Assembly (NCBI GenBank): GCA_028279945.1
Contig: JANQMT010000006.1
Location: forward strand, 26,091-90,090
Source: Clostridia bacterium
GTDB lineage: Bacteria > Bacillota > Clostridia > Peptostreptococcales > JAAYPU01
Reading direction: 5' to 3'
DNA: 64,000 nt
Numbering within the stretch: the stretch's first letter is position 1; every line of letters starts with the position of its first letter. Positions 18,496-29,401 of the stretch are shown here, piece after piece. The position numbers and the translations under genes are program-made. The notes beneath the pieces were generated by a model. That model saw only the letters and a program-made list of their open reading frames with translations, did not search any database and was not told the DNA's origin.

Positions 18496-19740
18496 GTGGA
18501 TAAAAGCTTGAAAAAACACATATTAGTAATCGCGCAATATTTCTACCCTGAGCAGTTCCGTATCAATGATATATGTACTGAGTGGGTGAAGAGAGGATAC
18601 AAAGTAACGGTAGTTACGGGCATTCCAAACTACCCTCAAGGCAAATATTATGATGGGTATGGGCTCTTCAAGAAAAGAAAAGAAACCTATAATGGTATGG
18701 ATATCATAAGAATCCCTCTCATTCCAAGAGGAAACAATACAATTATGTTAGCTCTTAATTATTTGTCATTTGTTGTGTCAGGGTTCTTTTGGAAGGCATT
18801 TACAAAGATTAAAGCTGATTATGTATTTATATTTGAAGTGTCACCAATGACACAAGCACTTCCTGGTGTTTGGTATGCAAAGAAGAGGAAGATTCCATGT
18901 TACCTATATGTTCAAGACCTATGGCCAGAGAATGTTAAAATTATTACTGGAATAACAAATAAGAGTTTTATCGGTACTATTGGTAAAATGGTGGATTACA
19001 TATATAGGGGATGTACTATGATATTTACAACGTCAGAGAGTTATATTCAGTCTATACATGACCGAGGTGTTCCGCTTAACAAAATTGAGTACTGGCCACA
19101 GTACGCCGAAGATTTCTATGTCCATCTTGAAGAATATGATATTGATGAGATATCAAAGGATAATTCATTCAATGTTATTTTTGCAGGTAATATTGGGTTT
19201 TCTCAGGGATTAGATGTTTTACCTGAAGCAGCTGAGATTATACAAACAAGATTTGACAAAAAGATAAGATTCAACATCGTTGGAGATGGCAGATATAAAA
19301 ATGAACTTGTAAACAAAGTAAATTCAAAAGGGTTAAATGACATGTTTAATTTTATTCCAAACCAACCGGCAACTAGAATACCGGAGTTTATGGCTGCTAG
19401 TGATGTTGCCTTTCTTAGTTTGACGGATAGCCCCTTATTTGCAATGACTATACCGGCTAAGCTTCAATCTTATATGGCTTGTGGAATTCCAAACATTGCA
19501 TCTGCAACTGGTGAAACAGCAAAGATTATCAAGGAATCTAATTCGGGTTTATGTGGGAGACCAGGGAATGCAGAAGAGCTTGCTGATAACATAATTAATC
19601 TAGCGAGCAAGTCAAAAGAAGAGCTTATGCAATTAGGGGATAATGCTCGGAAGTATTATGAAGAAAACTTTAATAAACAAGCCCTATTAAATAGAATGGA
19701 TCTTCATTTTGGACATAGAGCAGCATTGGAGGATAAATAA
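18496..19740 (+). CDS. GT4 glycosyltransferase (WbuB/CapL-like, probable L-FucNAc transferase)
   Basis: QYFYPE, PNYP, QDLWPE, AGNIG..QGL, PAKLQSYMA; adjacent to fnlABC. Confidence 0.85.
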   Translation: MDKSLKKHILVIAQYFYPEQFRINDICTEWVKRGYKVTVVTGIPNYPQGKYYDGYGLFKKRKETYNGMDIIRIPLIPRGNNTIMLALNYLSFVVSGFFWKAFTKIKADYVFIFEVSPMTQALPGVWYAKKRKIPCYLYVQDLWPENVKIITGITNKSFIGTIGKMVDYIYRGCTMIFTTSESYIQSIHDRGVPLNKIEYWPQYAEDFYVHLEEYDIDEISKDNSFNVIFAGNIGFSQGLDVLPEAAEIIQTRFDKKIRFNIVGDGRYKNELVNKVNSKGLNDMFNFIPNQPATRIPEFMAASDVAFLSLTDSPLFAMTIPAKLQSYMACGIPNIASATGETAKIIKESNSGLCGRPGNAEELADNIINLASKSKEELMQLGDNARKYYEENFNKQALLNRMDLHFGHRAALEDK

Positions 19741-20795
19741 TGTTTAAGGACAAAACTTTGTTAATAACAGGTGGAACCGGATCTTTTGGAAATGCAGTTA
19801 TGAAAAAATTTCTAGATACAGATATTAAAGAAATCCGGATTTTTTCTCGTGATGAGAAGAAACAGGATGATATGAGAAAACTCTATAAGAACGATAAATT
19901 AAAGTTTTATATAGGAGATGTTAGGGATCTTTCTAGTATTAAAAACGCAATGTATGGAGTAGATTATATCTTTCATGCGGCTGCTCTTAAGCAAGTACCA
20001 TCTTGCGAGTTTTTTCCATTAGAGGCAGTAAAGACGAATGTATTAGGAACTGATAATGTCCTTACTGGGGCAATTGAGATGGGCGTTAAAAAAGTTATTT
20101 GTCTTTCTACAGATAAAGCTGCTTATCCGATTAACGCTATGGGAATATCCAAAGCTATGATGGAAAAAGTGTTTGTTGCAAAAGCAAAGACTATAGATCC
20201 TGAAAGAACACTTATCTGCGGTACAAGATATGGCAACGTGATGGTATCTAGAGGGTCTGTAGTACCTTTGTTTATTGAGCAAATAAAAAGAGGACAACCT
20301 TTGACGGTAACAGACCCAAATATGACAAGATTTCTTATGAGTTTAGAAGAAGCTGTTGAACTTGTTGTGTTTGCATTTAAAAATGCAGAAGCCGGAGATA
20401 TTATGGTGCAAAAATCGCCTGCATCTACTATTGGTGATTTGGCTCAAGCAGTTAAGGAATTGTTTAATGCAGAGAATGAAATCAAGATTATTGGCACACG
20501 TCACGGAGAGAAACGATATGAGACCCTTCTTACTAAAGAAGAATACGTAGTAGCAGAAGATATGAGCGGGTTCTTTAGAGTGCCAGCAGATAATAGAGAA
20601 CTTAACTATGATAAATATTTTATAGAAGGAGATTATAAACTATCTTCTGAGGACGAGTATAACTCTGATAATACAGAAAGACTTAATATAGAACAGATAA
20701 AAGAAAAACTGATATCACTTGACTATGTCAGAAAGAAGTTGATAGATATGGCTGTTATTGATGAAGTGGCTGCTACTACTGACGTGACTAAATAA
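19740..20795 (+). CDS. fnlA: UDP-GlcNAc 4,6-dehydratase/5-epimerase FnlA (CapE)
   Basis: GGTGSFG, SRDEKKQDDMR, HAAALKQVPSCEFFP, STDKAAYPINAMG. Confidence 0.93.
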   Translation: MFKDKTLLITGGTGSFGNAVMKKFLDTDIKEIRIFSRDEKKQDDMRKLYKNDKLKFYIGDVRDLSSIKNAMYGVDYIFHAAALKQVPSCEFFPLEAVKTNVLGTDNVLTGAIEMGVKKVICLSTDKAAYPINAMGISKAMMEKVFVAKAKTIDPERTLICGTRYGNVMVSRGSVVPLFIEQIKRGQPLTVTDPNMTRFLMSLEEAVELVVFAFKNAEAGDIMVQKSPASTIGDLAQAVKELFNAENEIKIIGTRHGEKRYETLLTKEEYVVAEDMSGFFRVPADNRELNYDKYFIEGDYKLSSEDEYNSDNTERLNIEQIKEKLISLDYVRKKLIDMAVIDEVAATTDVTK

Positions 20796-20823
20796 GTAAA
20801 AAGTGGAAAGGCTGAAATAAATA

Positions 20824-21981
20824 ATGAAGATACTTGTTACAGGAGCGAAGGGTTTCGTAGGTAGAAACCTTATAGCTGAACTCAAAAACAAAGGACTTAA
20901 AGATATATATGAATTTGATATAGATACAGATAAAGCCTTACTAGACAGATATACAAAAGAATGTCAGTTTGTATTTCATCTTGCTGGTGTAAATCGACCT
21001 ACAAATGAGAAAGAGTTTATGGAAGGAAATTTTGGTTTCACTTCAGAGCTGATAACTTTACTTAAAAAGCATAATAATAAGACATCTGTGCTTATAACAT
21101 CTTCTATTCAAGCAGAACTAAATAACAGTTATGGTAAAAGTAAAAAGGCAGGAGAAGATTTATTATTTAATTATAGTAAAGAAACTGGTGCAAAGGTTTA
21201 CATCTATAGATTACCTAATTTATTTGGTAAATGGAGTAGACCAAATTACAATACTGTTGTAGCAACATTTTGTTACAATATAGCAAGAAATTTAGATATA
21301 CAAATTAATAATCCTGATGCAGATTTATGTCTTTGCTATATAGATGATGTAATAAAAGAATTTATAAATGCATTAGAAGGAAACCCAACAAAAAAAGAGA
21401 ATTACTGTATAGTTCCTAAATCTTATTATATAAAACTTGGGGAATTAGCAGAGAAAATAAAAAGCTTTAAAGATAACAGAAAAGACTTAAGTATTTCAGA
21501 TATGAAGAATGAAATCACTAAGAAGCTGTATAGTACATATTTAAGTTTCTTACCAGAAGATGACTTTGCATATGATCTTAAAATGAATGTAGATCATAGA
21601 GGATCTTTTACAGAATTTATTAGAACAATTGAAAGAGGTCAAGTATCTATAAATATATCAAAGCCAGGAATTACAAAAGGTAATCACTGGCATCATACAA
21701 AAAATGAAAAGTTCTTGGTGGTTAGTGGAGAAGGACTTATTAGATTTAGGAGAATAGATAAAAATGAAATAATTGAGTATAGAGTAAGTGGAGATAAATT
21801 ACAAGTAGTTGACATACCTACCGGATATACCCACTCCATAGTTAATGTTGGAGAAAAAGATCTTGTAACGGTTATATGGGCTAATGAAATATTTAACCCT
21901 AAAGAGCCAGATACTTTTTATATGGAGGTTGTTGAGAATGACAAGATTAAAAGTTATGACTATTATAGGTACTCGTCCTGA
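20824..21981 (+). CDS. fnlB: FnlB (CapF) reductase with C-terminal cupin
   Basis: GAKGFVG, HLAGVNRP, FGKWSRPNYN, KGNHWHHTK. Confidence 0.93.
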   Translation: MKILVTGAKGFVGRNLIAELKNKGLKDIYEFDIDTDKALLDRYTKECQFVFHLAGVNRPTNEKEFMEGNFGFTSELITLLKKHNNKTSVLITSSIQAELNNSYGKSKKAGEDLLFNYSKETGAKVYIYRLPNLFGKWSRPNYNTVVATFCYNIARNLDIQINNPDADLCLCYIDDVIKEFINALEGNPTKKENYCIVPKSYYIKLGELAEKIKSFKDNRKDLSISDMKNEITKKLYSTYLSFLPEDDFAYDLKMNVDHRGSFTEFIRTIERGQVSINISKPGITKGNHWHHTKNEKFLVVSGEGLIRFRRIDKNEIIEYRVSGDKLQVVDIPTGYTHSIVNVGEKDLVTVIWANEIFNPKEPDTFYMEVVENDKIKSYDYYRYSS

Positions 21982-23062
21982 AATTATAAGATTATCAGCT
22001 GTTATTAATAAACTAGACTTATCAGAAGCAGTTGAGCATGTTCTTGTACATACAGGCCAAAATTACGATTATGAGTTAAATGAAGTGTTTTTTAAAGATT
22101 TTAATTTAAGAAAACCAGATTATTTTCTTAATGCTGCCACTAGAAAAGCAGTAGAGACAATAGGTAATATTCTTATTAACATAGACCCTATTTTGGAAAA
22201 AGTAAAACCAGATGCTTTCTTGGTACTTGGAGATACTAATAGTTGCCTATGCGCTATAGCAGCTAAGAGAAGGCATATACCTATATTCCACATGGAAGCA
22301 GGTAACAGATGTTTTGATCAACGAGTACCTGAAGAAACTAATAGAAAAATTGTAGATCACATTGCAGATATTAATTTAACTTATAGTGATATAGCTAGAG
22401 AGTATCTATTAAGAGAAGGTCTTCCGGCAGATCAAGTAATAAAAACAGGTAGTCCAATGTTTGAGGTTCTATATTCCAGTAAAGATGATATTAAAAAATC
22501 AGATGTGCTTAAAAGATTAGATTTAATAGAAGAACAATATTTTGTAGTATCAGCTCATAGAGAAGAGAACATTAATTCAGAAGTGAACTTTTTAGATTTA
22601 GTCGAGAGTTTAAATGCAATAGCTGAAAAATACAAAATTCCTGTAATAATGAGTACACATCCTAGGACTAGAAAAATGATTGAAGATAAAGGAGTAGAAT
22701 TTAATCCACTTATACAAACTATGAAACCACTTGGATTTAATGATTATGTAAAACTTCAAATAAAAGCTAAAGCTGTACTTAGTGACAGTGGCACAATTAG
22801 TGAAGAATCATCTATTCTTGGATTTAAAGCACTTAATATCAGACAAGCACATGAAAGACCTGAAGCGATGGAAGAAGCATCAGTTATGATGGTAGGGCTT
22901 AAGAAAGAAAGAATCCTTCAGGGGCTTGAAGTGTTAGAAACTCAAGAGAAAAATACATTAAGATTGGTAGCAGATTATAGTATGCTAAATGTATCTGATA
23001 AAGTGCTGAGGATTATTTTATCTTATACAGATTATGTAAATAGAGTGGTTTGGGGGAAATAG
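21938..23062 (+). CDS. fnlC: FnlC (CapG) non-hydrolysing UDP-HexNAc 2-epimerase
   Basis: GTRPEIIR, HTGQNYDYEL, EAGNRCFD, SDSGTISEE. Start moved to ATG 21938 after GGAGG. Confidence 0.93.
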   Translation: MTRLKVMTIIGTRPEIIRLSAVINKLDLSEAVEHVLVHTGQNYDYELNEVFFKDFNLRKPDYFLNAATRKAVETIGNILINIDPILEKVKPDAFLVLGDTNSCLCAIAAKRRHIPIFHMEAGNRCFDQRVPEETNRKIVDHIADINLTYSDIAREYLLREGLPADQVIKTGSPMFEVLYSSKDDIKKSDVLKRLDLIEEQYFVVSAHREENINSEVNFLDLVESLNAIAEKYKIPVIMSTHPRTRKMIEDKGVEFNPLIQTMKPLGFNDYVKLQIKAKAVLSDSGTISEESSILGFKALNIRQAHERPEAMEEASVMMVGLKKERILQGLEVLETQEKNTLRLVADYSMLNVSDKVLRIILSYTDYVNRVVWGK

Positions 23063-23065
23063 CAA

Positions 23066-24457
23066 TTGAACGTATTGTTTATACAAGGAAATAAATTTAA
23101 ATATAATAATACAATTTATGAATTAGACGATATGTTTAGTGCTCACTTATTTGAAGAATGCAATGAGATAGCTGAACAATACGATGCTGAAATATGGGTT
23201 GTTAATGAAGTGTTTTTAAATCGAGTGCTACCATATAAAGCAATAGAACTCTTTTTATCTGGATTTGATATAAAAATCATTAAGCTTGAAAATCCTGATC
23301 ATAGACTAGTACCACTGATTTTAGATTTCGCAGAGAATAAAAGAATTACAGTAAAAGGAACCCCTTATTTTTATAAGATGAAAAATGTGTTAGGTGGTCA
23401 AATTAATTTAATGCTATCATCGATTTATTTGATTTTTAAAATGATAAAAATCCCTCATACATCAGAAACCAGTTCTAACAAAGAAAAAATATCTTTAATA
23501 CGAACTCCTGCATCTAAGAAAAAGCTTGCTTTTTTAAATGACATTGATTTTAGATATGAAGGTTTTAATGATAAGAATTCTGTTTATAATTGTTTCAGCA
23601 AAAGTAAAAGAGTATATTGGGTTGCAAAATCCTGGATAACTTCTTACAAAGAAATGAAAAAGTATAGTAATTATATACAAAATATCATTGGGTCTTATAG
23701 CTCAGCCAATGCTTATAAATATTATGGTAAAAGAGTTGTACATACTGTTTTATACTCAATAATTATTGGTAAATTTTTTGCTAATAATGTAGGTAAGAAA
23801 TTCTACACAGGAAATAACTTAGACCGATTTGCTTTAATAGAAGAAAAAACTGCAAGAAAATATAATATTGTTACTGTTTGTATACCACATGGGTTAGAGT
23901 ACGGATTTAAATTTCCACATTGTTTCATTGGAGACGAGTTTTATACAACTAGTTTTAATGCTTCAGTGCATCTTAATAAATTATATAATACGACGAAGTT
24001 TATTTACAGTCAGGACATAGCTTCAAATATGTTCTCAGTGAATTGTGAAAATAAGAAAAGTGTGAGAAATATTATATTTTTTACAGAACCGAGAGAAGTT
24101 GAAGTAAATTTCAAAATTATAGAAGAATTAATTCCTCTACTCAACTCTAAGAAGCTCCAATTGTTTATTAAGCTACATCCAAAAGACAAGAAATTGGATT
24201 ATGAAAAGTATTCAGAAGATATAAAGTTTATTGATTACTTTAATGCATCCGTAACAGAGAATATATGCATTTCAAGGAAATCTACAACTTTATTAGAAGC
24301 TGTCTACAACAATTCAGATGCTGCTGCGATTTTGATAAACAAGAAGGATAAAGTAATATTTAATACCTTCCCGTCTTTACAAGACAAAAGAATAAGAGCA
24401 TTCAATTCGGTGGATAAATTATATGAATGGATTTTAGAAAAGACAAAAATAAATTAG
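23066..24457 (+). CDS. Putative CMP-ulosonic-acid glycosyltransferase (GT-B, HP motif)
   Basis: IKLHPKD (HP motif) and SRKSTT (S-T motif) as in CMP-Neu5Ac/CMP-Kdo transferases; directly precedes the kdsB-like gene. Confidence 0.55.
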   Translation: MNVLFIQGNKFKYNNTIYELDDMFSAHLFEECNEIAEQYDAEIWVVNEVFLNRVLPYKAIELFLSGFDIKIIKLENPDHRLVPLILDFAENKRITVKGTPYFYKMKNVLGGQINLMLSSIYLIFKMIKIPHTSETSSNKEKISLIRTPASKKKLAFLNDIDFRYEGFNDKNSVYNCFSKSKRVYWVAKSWITSYKEMKKYSNYIQNIIGSYSSANAYKYYGKRVVHTVLYSIIIGKFFANNVGKKFYTGNNLDRFALIEEKTARKYNIVTVCIPHGLEYGFKFPHCFIGDEFYTTSFNASVHLNKLYNTTKFIYSQDIASNMFSVNCENKKSVRNIIFFTEPREVEVNFKIIEELIPLLNSKKLQLFIKLHPKDKKLDYEKYSEDIKFIDYFNASVTENICISRKSTTLLEAVYNNSDAAAILINKKDKVIFNTFPSLQDKRIRAFNSVDKLYEWILEKTKIN

Positions 24458-24470
24458 GAGGTTTTGACAA

Positions 24471-25217
24471 ATGAAAATTATAGGAGTAATCCCGGCACGT
24501 TATAAATCAAGTAGATTTGAAGGAAAGCCGTTAGCAGAAATAAGTGGTAAGCCAATGATCTGGTGGGTCTATCAACTAGCTATTAAAGTTAAAGAATTTG
24601 AAGCTGTTTACGTCGCTACTGAAGATGATAGGATAAAAATTGCTTGTGAAGAACTTGGGATCAATGTAATAATGACCTCTGATGTGCATAAAACAGGAAC
24701 TGATCGTATAGGTGAAGTTGCTAAAAAGGTTAAGGCAGATTTATATGTAAACATTCAGGGAGATGAACCGATGATCGAGCCTGAAACAATTGTTGAAGCA
24801 ATTAAACCATTTTATGAAAACAAGGAACTTCAGGTTTCTAATTTAATGACAGTTATCAAGGATCCTGTTGACGTAGTGAATTTTACAGTGCCAAAAGTGA
24901 TAACGAATAAAGATGGCATTGGGATTTACCTTACAAGAAGTGCTGCGCCATATCCCAAAGGAAGTATCGATTATTCTTATTATAAGCAAGTATGCGTATA
25001 TGGCTTTACTCCTAAGGCATTAGAGTTTTATTGTAGTAATCCTAGAGGGAAAGTAGAAAGCATTGAAGATATTGAAATATTGAGGTTTATCGAAAGTGGC
25101 TATAAAGTTCAATTTATAGAAGTTGATTCAGACACTGTAGCTGTTGACACTCCTAATGATTTAGAAAAAGTAAGAAAAATAATGAAAGAAATCAAAGGAG
25201 ATGGTGCTAATGAATAA
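24471..25217 (+). CDS. kdsB: CMP-Kdo synthetase-like cytidylyltransferase
   Basis: IPARYKSSRFEGKPL, GTDR, NIQGDEP, VDTPNDL. Confidence 0.88.
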   Translation: MKIIGVIPARYKSSRFEGKPLAEISGKPMIWWVYQLAIKVKEFEAVYVATEDDRIKIACEELGINVIMTSDVHKTGTDRIGEVAKKVKADLYVNIQGDEPMIEPETIVEAIKPFYENKELQVSNLMTVIKDPVDVVNFTVPKVITNKDGIGIYLTRSAAPYPKGSIDYSYYKQVCVYGFTPKALEFYCSNPRGKVESIEDIEILRFIESGYKVQFIEVDSDTVAVDTPNDLEKVRKIMKEIKGDGANE

Positions 25218-26802
25218 AATTAATGTCCTTGACTGTACTTTGCGTGATGGTGGATACATTAACCAATGGCAGTTTGGTGAAAACAATATAAAAAAGATTA
25301 TAAGTAGTCTCATTGATTCAAAAATAGATATTGTAGAATGTGGATTCTTAACAGAAAAAAAAGAACGGAATCAAGATTCATCATTGTTTGATAGTATTGA
25401 AAGAGTCGCACAATATCTTCCGGTTCATAGAAAAGATAGTATGACAGTGGGTATGATTAATTTTGGAGAGTACGAAGTTGAGAATTTACCTCAAAATGAT
25501 GGAACATCAATAGATGGAATAAGAGTAGCATTTCATAAAAAAGACCTTGATGAAGCCTTAAAGATGTGTCAAATAATAATTAATAAAGGCTATAAGCTAT
25601 TCATGCAACCCATGGTATCAGTATCTTATACAGATGAAGAGTTCATTAACTTAATTAATTGGTCTAATGAGTTAAACCCGTATGCATTTTATATTGTAGA
25701 TAGTTTTGGAGTAATGAAAAGAAAAGATTTAATGAGATTATATTATTTAGTAGATCATAACCTTTCAAATGATATTTTTGTTGGTTACCATTCTCATAAT
25801 AATATTCAAATGGCATACTCGAATGCGCAGGCACTAGTTGATCTTAAAACGAAAAGAAAGCTCATCATTGACTCAAGTGTTTTTGGCATGGGGCGTGGTG
25901 CTGGGAATTTGAATACAGAGCTATTTATAGAATATCTTAATGAATTGAATGGTAGCAAGTATAAAATTAAACCCTTGTTAAAGATTATTGATCAAGTTTT
26001 AAATCCTATTTATGCGAGTAACTTCTGGGGATATTCATTACCTCACTATGTATCTGCTATGAATAACTGTCATCCTAACTATGCTTCTTATTTAGATGAT
26101 AAGAGCACTTTAACTGTTGAGAACATTAATGAAATTCTTGAAGGGCTTGAAGAATCTACGAGAAACAATTTTGACAAAGATTATATTGAAAAACTTTATG
26201 TTCAATATCAGAATAGAGTAATTGCTGATGATAAAGCTAAAAAACAGCTTGAATCTCGTCTCAAGAATAAAACTGTTGTCATTATTGCACCAGGAAGTAG
26301 TATCAATGAAGAAAAAGAAAAAATTTCTGATATTATATCTTGTGAAAATTACCATACAATTGCAATAAACTTCAAGCCAGAAATGTTTGATTGTGATTAT
26401 GTTTTTGTTAGTAATTTGAGACGTTATGAAGATTTCAAAAATAGTCGTAACTTAAAATTGATAAAAACATCAAATATTAAAAATGGAAATGTTGAAGGGA
26501 TTGTAGTTAACTATTCGGATTTACTGAATGATGTTGAAGCTGTTGAAGATAATGCTGGTATGATGCTAATAAAACTCTTAATAGATATTGGAGTAGAGAA
26601 AATTAAATTGGCTGGACTGGATGGTTATTCGCATGATATCTATGATAACTTTGCTAAAAAAGATTTGGCTTTCATTAAGAGCTCTTCCGTCATGGACGCT
26701 ATGAATTCAGGCATGGAAAAGATATTGAATAGATTTGCAGAATTAATTGACATTGAGTTTATAACAACACCAAGATTTGTTAAGTTAGGAGGCTCTCAAT
26801 GA
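25210..26802 (+). CDS. HMGL-like (DRE-TIM) aldolase with extra C-terminal alpha/beta domain
   Basis: DCTLRDGG, VDSFG, HSHNN, GMGRGAGNLNTE; C-domain IIAPGSS...LAGLDGY. Confidence 0.8.
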   Translation: MNKINVLDCTLRDGGYINQWQFGENNIKKIISSLIDSKIDIVECGFLTEKKERNQDSSLFDSIERVAQYLPVHRKDSMTVGMINFGEYEVENLPQNDGTSIDGIRVAFHKKDLDEALKMCQIIINKGYKLFMQPMVSVSYTDEEFINLINWSNELNPYAFYIVDSFGVMKRKDLMRLYYLVDHNLSNDIFVGYHSHNNIQMAYSNAQALVDLKTKRKLIIDSSVFGMGRGAGNLNTELFIEYLNELNGSKYKIKPLLKIIDQVLNPIYASNFWGYSLPHYVSAMNNCHPNYASYLDDKSTLTVENINEILEGLEESTRNNFDKDYIEKLYVQYQNRVIADDKAKKQLESRLKNKTVVIIAPGSSINEEKEKISDIISCENYHTIAINFKPEMFDCDYVFVSNLRRYEDFKNSRNLKLIKTSNIKNGNVEGIVVNYSDLLNDVEAVEDNAGMMLIKLLIDIGVEKIKLAGLDGYSHDIYDNFAKKDLAFIKSSSVMDAMNSGMEKILNRFAELIDIEFITTPRFVKLGGSQ

Positions 26803-27824
26803 AAGTAGTTACTTTAGGTGAAATACTGTTAAGATTAGCTCCGCAAGGATACAAGAAACTCTTTCAGAATGATGTTTTTGAAACCTCTTTTTGCGGTGCA
26901 GAGGCGAATGTTGCAGTATCATTAGCCAATTATGGGATAGATTCATGTTTTGTTACAAAAGTTCCAGATAATGAAGTAGGACAAGCTGCAATTAATTCTC
27001 TTAGATATTTCGGAGTGGATACTTCAAAAGTGATTAAGAGTGGAGAGCGTTTAGGTTTATATTATCTAGAAAAAGGTGCGAGTCAAAGACCTTCTAAGGT
27101 TCTCTATGATAGAGCTTTTTCAGCAATAGCTAATTCAAATGTTGAAGATTATAATTGGGATCATATATTTGATGGTGCAAAATGGTTTCACTTTACAGGT
27201 ATAAATCCAGCATTAAGTGAAGAAATGTCAAAGATATCTTTAGAAGCATGTAAGGCTGCTAAGGAAAAAGGCATTACGATAAGTTGTGATATTAACTACA
27301 GAAGCAAGTTATGGACAAAAGATGAGGCAAGAGAAACAATGACAAAACTCATGAAGTATGTAGACGCTTGTATTGGAAATGAAGAGGATGCAGAGAATGT
27401 TTTCGGAATAAAAGCGGAAAATACCGATGTTTTAAGTGGCGATATAGATCATAAAAGTTATGATAAGGTTGCTAAGAAGATTAGTGATGCATTTGGTTGC
27501 AAATATGTTGCTATGTCCTTAAGATCAAGCTTAACAGCATCTACGAATAAATGGGCAGGTATGCTCTATTCAAAGGACGATGATAAGTATTTTCTTTCAA
27601 AAGAATACCTGATTGATATAGTAGATAGAGTTGGTAGTGGTGATAGTTTTGCTGCTGGGATAATTTTCTCATTGGCTAATAAAATAGAAGGACAAGATAC
27701 AATTGATTTTGCAGTTGCTGCTAGTTGCTTGAAACATACTCAAGAGGGCGACTATAATCGGGTAAACGTTGAGGATGTATTGGCACTAGTAAATGGTGAT
27801 AGTTCTGGAAGAGTAAAAAGATAA
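26799..27824 (+). CDS. kdgK: PfkB sugar kinase, 2-keto-3-deoxygluconate kinase-like
   Basis: GEILLRL, GAEANVA, LEKGASQRPSKVLYDR, DINYRSKLW, DRVGSGDSFAAG. Confidence 0.82.
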   Translation: MKVVTLGEILLRLAPQGYKKLFQNDVFETSFCGAEANVAVSLANYGIDSCFVTKVPDNEVGQAAINSLRYFGVDTSKVIKSGERLGLYYLEKGASQRPSKVLYDRAFSAIANSNVEDYNWDHIFDGAKWFHFTGINPALSEEMSKISLEACKAAKEKGITISCDINYRSKLWTKDEARETMTKLMKYVDACIGNEEDAENVFGIKAENTDVLSGDIDHKSYDKVAKKISDAFGCKYVAMSLRSSLTASTNKWAGMLYSKDDDKYFLSKEYLIDIVDRVGSGDSFAAGIIFSLANKIEGQDTIDFAVAASCLKHTQEGDYNRVNVEDVLALVNGDSSGRVKR

Positions 27825-27847
27825 AAATGAGTTGAGGAGTTATAGAT

Positions 27848-29029
27848 ATGAAAATTGTTCATGTTTGTCTGGCGGGTATCGGTGTCAATGATGGCTGGAC
27901 TTATCAAGAAAACTTACTAACAAAATATCATAAAAAGCTGGGTCATGATGTTACAATAGTAACTTCTCAATGGGTAAGAAATCAAAAAGGTGGCGTGAAA
28001 ATAGATAATCGTAGTGATTATTATGATGATAATGGATGTAAGGTGTTAAGGTTAGAAATAAAGAATAATCGCAAACAATCATTTAGGTTTAAGAGGTATC
28101 GAGACGTATACAAGACTATGACAGAAGAATCTCCAGATGTTTTATTTATTCATAATATCCAATTTATGGACATTTATGAAATTATAAAGTACCTTAAAGT
28201 GAACTCTAAGATAAAAGTATATGTAGATAGTCATACGGACTTTTCGAACAGTGCATCAAATTGGATTTCTAAAAATGTACTTCATAGAGTAATTTGGAGA
28301 TTTTGTGCTAAAAGCATAGAGCCTTATACTAGAAAATTTTACGGCGTTCTACCAGCAAGAGTGGATTTTTTGAAAAATGTGTATAGAATTCCATCAGAAA
28401 AAACGGAACTTCTGGTTATGGGGGCAGATGATGAAAGAGTTAGTACAGCTTTAGATGATAAGGTAAATTTGAGAATAAGAAATAAGTTTAATATTGATAT
28501 AGATGATTTTTTGATTGTAACAGGTGGTAAGATAGATTTGGCAAAAAGGCAAACAATTCTTTTAATGGAAGCAGTTAAAAAAATTGATAATCCAAAAGTG
28601 AAATTACTAGTATTTGGGTCAGTTGTTGATGAATTAAAAGATCAAGTCACACAAATGTGTGATGGCGAAAAAATCCAGTATATAGGTTGGGCAAACGAAG
28701 AACAAAGTTATGAATATTTTGCTTCGTCAGATTTGGTGATATTCCCAGGGAGGCATTCTGTATACTGGGAGTTAGTGGCAGGACTTGGGAAGCCTATGGT
28801 AGTCAAATTTTGGAATGGTACCACGCATATTGATGTAGGAGGAAATTGTGAATTCCTTTATGAAGATACAGTAGAAGAACTTATTCAGAAAATTAATTTA
28901 TTAATAAAAGATAATAAAAAGTTCGAAAATATGAAACATAACGCAAAAAATAAGGCATCAGTAATATTTTTATATAAAAATATTGCACTTCACAGTATTA
29001 ATTATGAACCTAAAATAGATAACAAATAA
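27848..29029 (+). CDS. GT4 family glycosyltransferase
   Basis: YQEN, LGHDV, GGKID..K, FPGRHSVYWE. Confidence 0.82.
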   Translation: MKIVHVCLAGIGVNDGWTYQENLLTKYHKKLGHDVTIVTSQWVRNQKGGVKIDNRSDYYDDNGCKVLRLEIKNNRKQSFRFKRYRDVYKTMTEESPDVLFIHNIQFMDIYEIIKYLKVNSKIKVYVDSHTDFSNSASNWISKNVLHRVIWRFCAKSIEPYTRKFYGVLPARVDFLKNVYRIPSEKTELLVMGADDERVSTALDDKVNLRIRNKFNIDIDDFLIVTGGKIDLAKRQTILLMEAVKKIDNPKVKLLVFGSVVDELKDQVTQMCDGEKIQYIGWANEEQSYEYFASSDLVIFPGRHSVYWELVAGLGKPMVVKFWNGTTHIDVGGNCEFLYEDTVEELIQKINLLIKDNKKFENMKHNAKNKASVIFLYKNIALHSINYEPKIDNK

Positions 29030-29401
29030 ACGATGTTCATTTAATGAGGCTGTTCGAAAATTGAAATATAATATCTGAGATTATACTTAGTGTTTTGTAA
29101 TACTTTTATAAAAATATTAAATCGCAAATTGCAATAAAGCAGTAAAATTTTGTAGTAAAGAAAAAATGCTTATCCACCATAGATGAAAACATTTAAGGTT
29201 TTATATTTTTCTAAATTAAACCCATGCTATATAATATATAATTCAAGCTAAGATTTAACAAGAAATTTTTTACAACAGTTAGTGTAGCACTTTATTTTCT
29301 ATTTACACAGAATAATTTAAAATGAATGTACAGGGATAGGTTAGAAAAATGAATAGTTGTATATGTTGAAAAAATTTTATTAGAAAGAAGTAGGTGATAA
29401 A

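Noticed and set aside
24471-25217. kdsB as evidence of LPS or an outer membrane
   Set aside because: No lpx or kdsA genes in the window; the context is a Gram-positive Wzx/Wzy capsule locus.
29047-29281. GAGGCTGTTCGAAAA ... TTTTTACAACAGTT as IS/MITE ends, and TTATCCACC (29170) as a DnaA box
   Set aside because: The inverted match is weak, there is no target duplication or transposase remnant, and there is only a single mismatched box.
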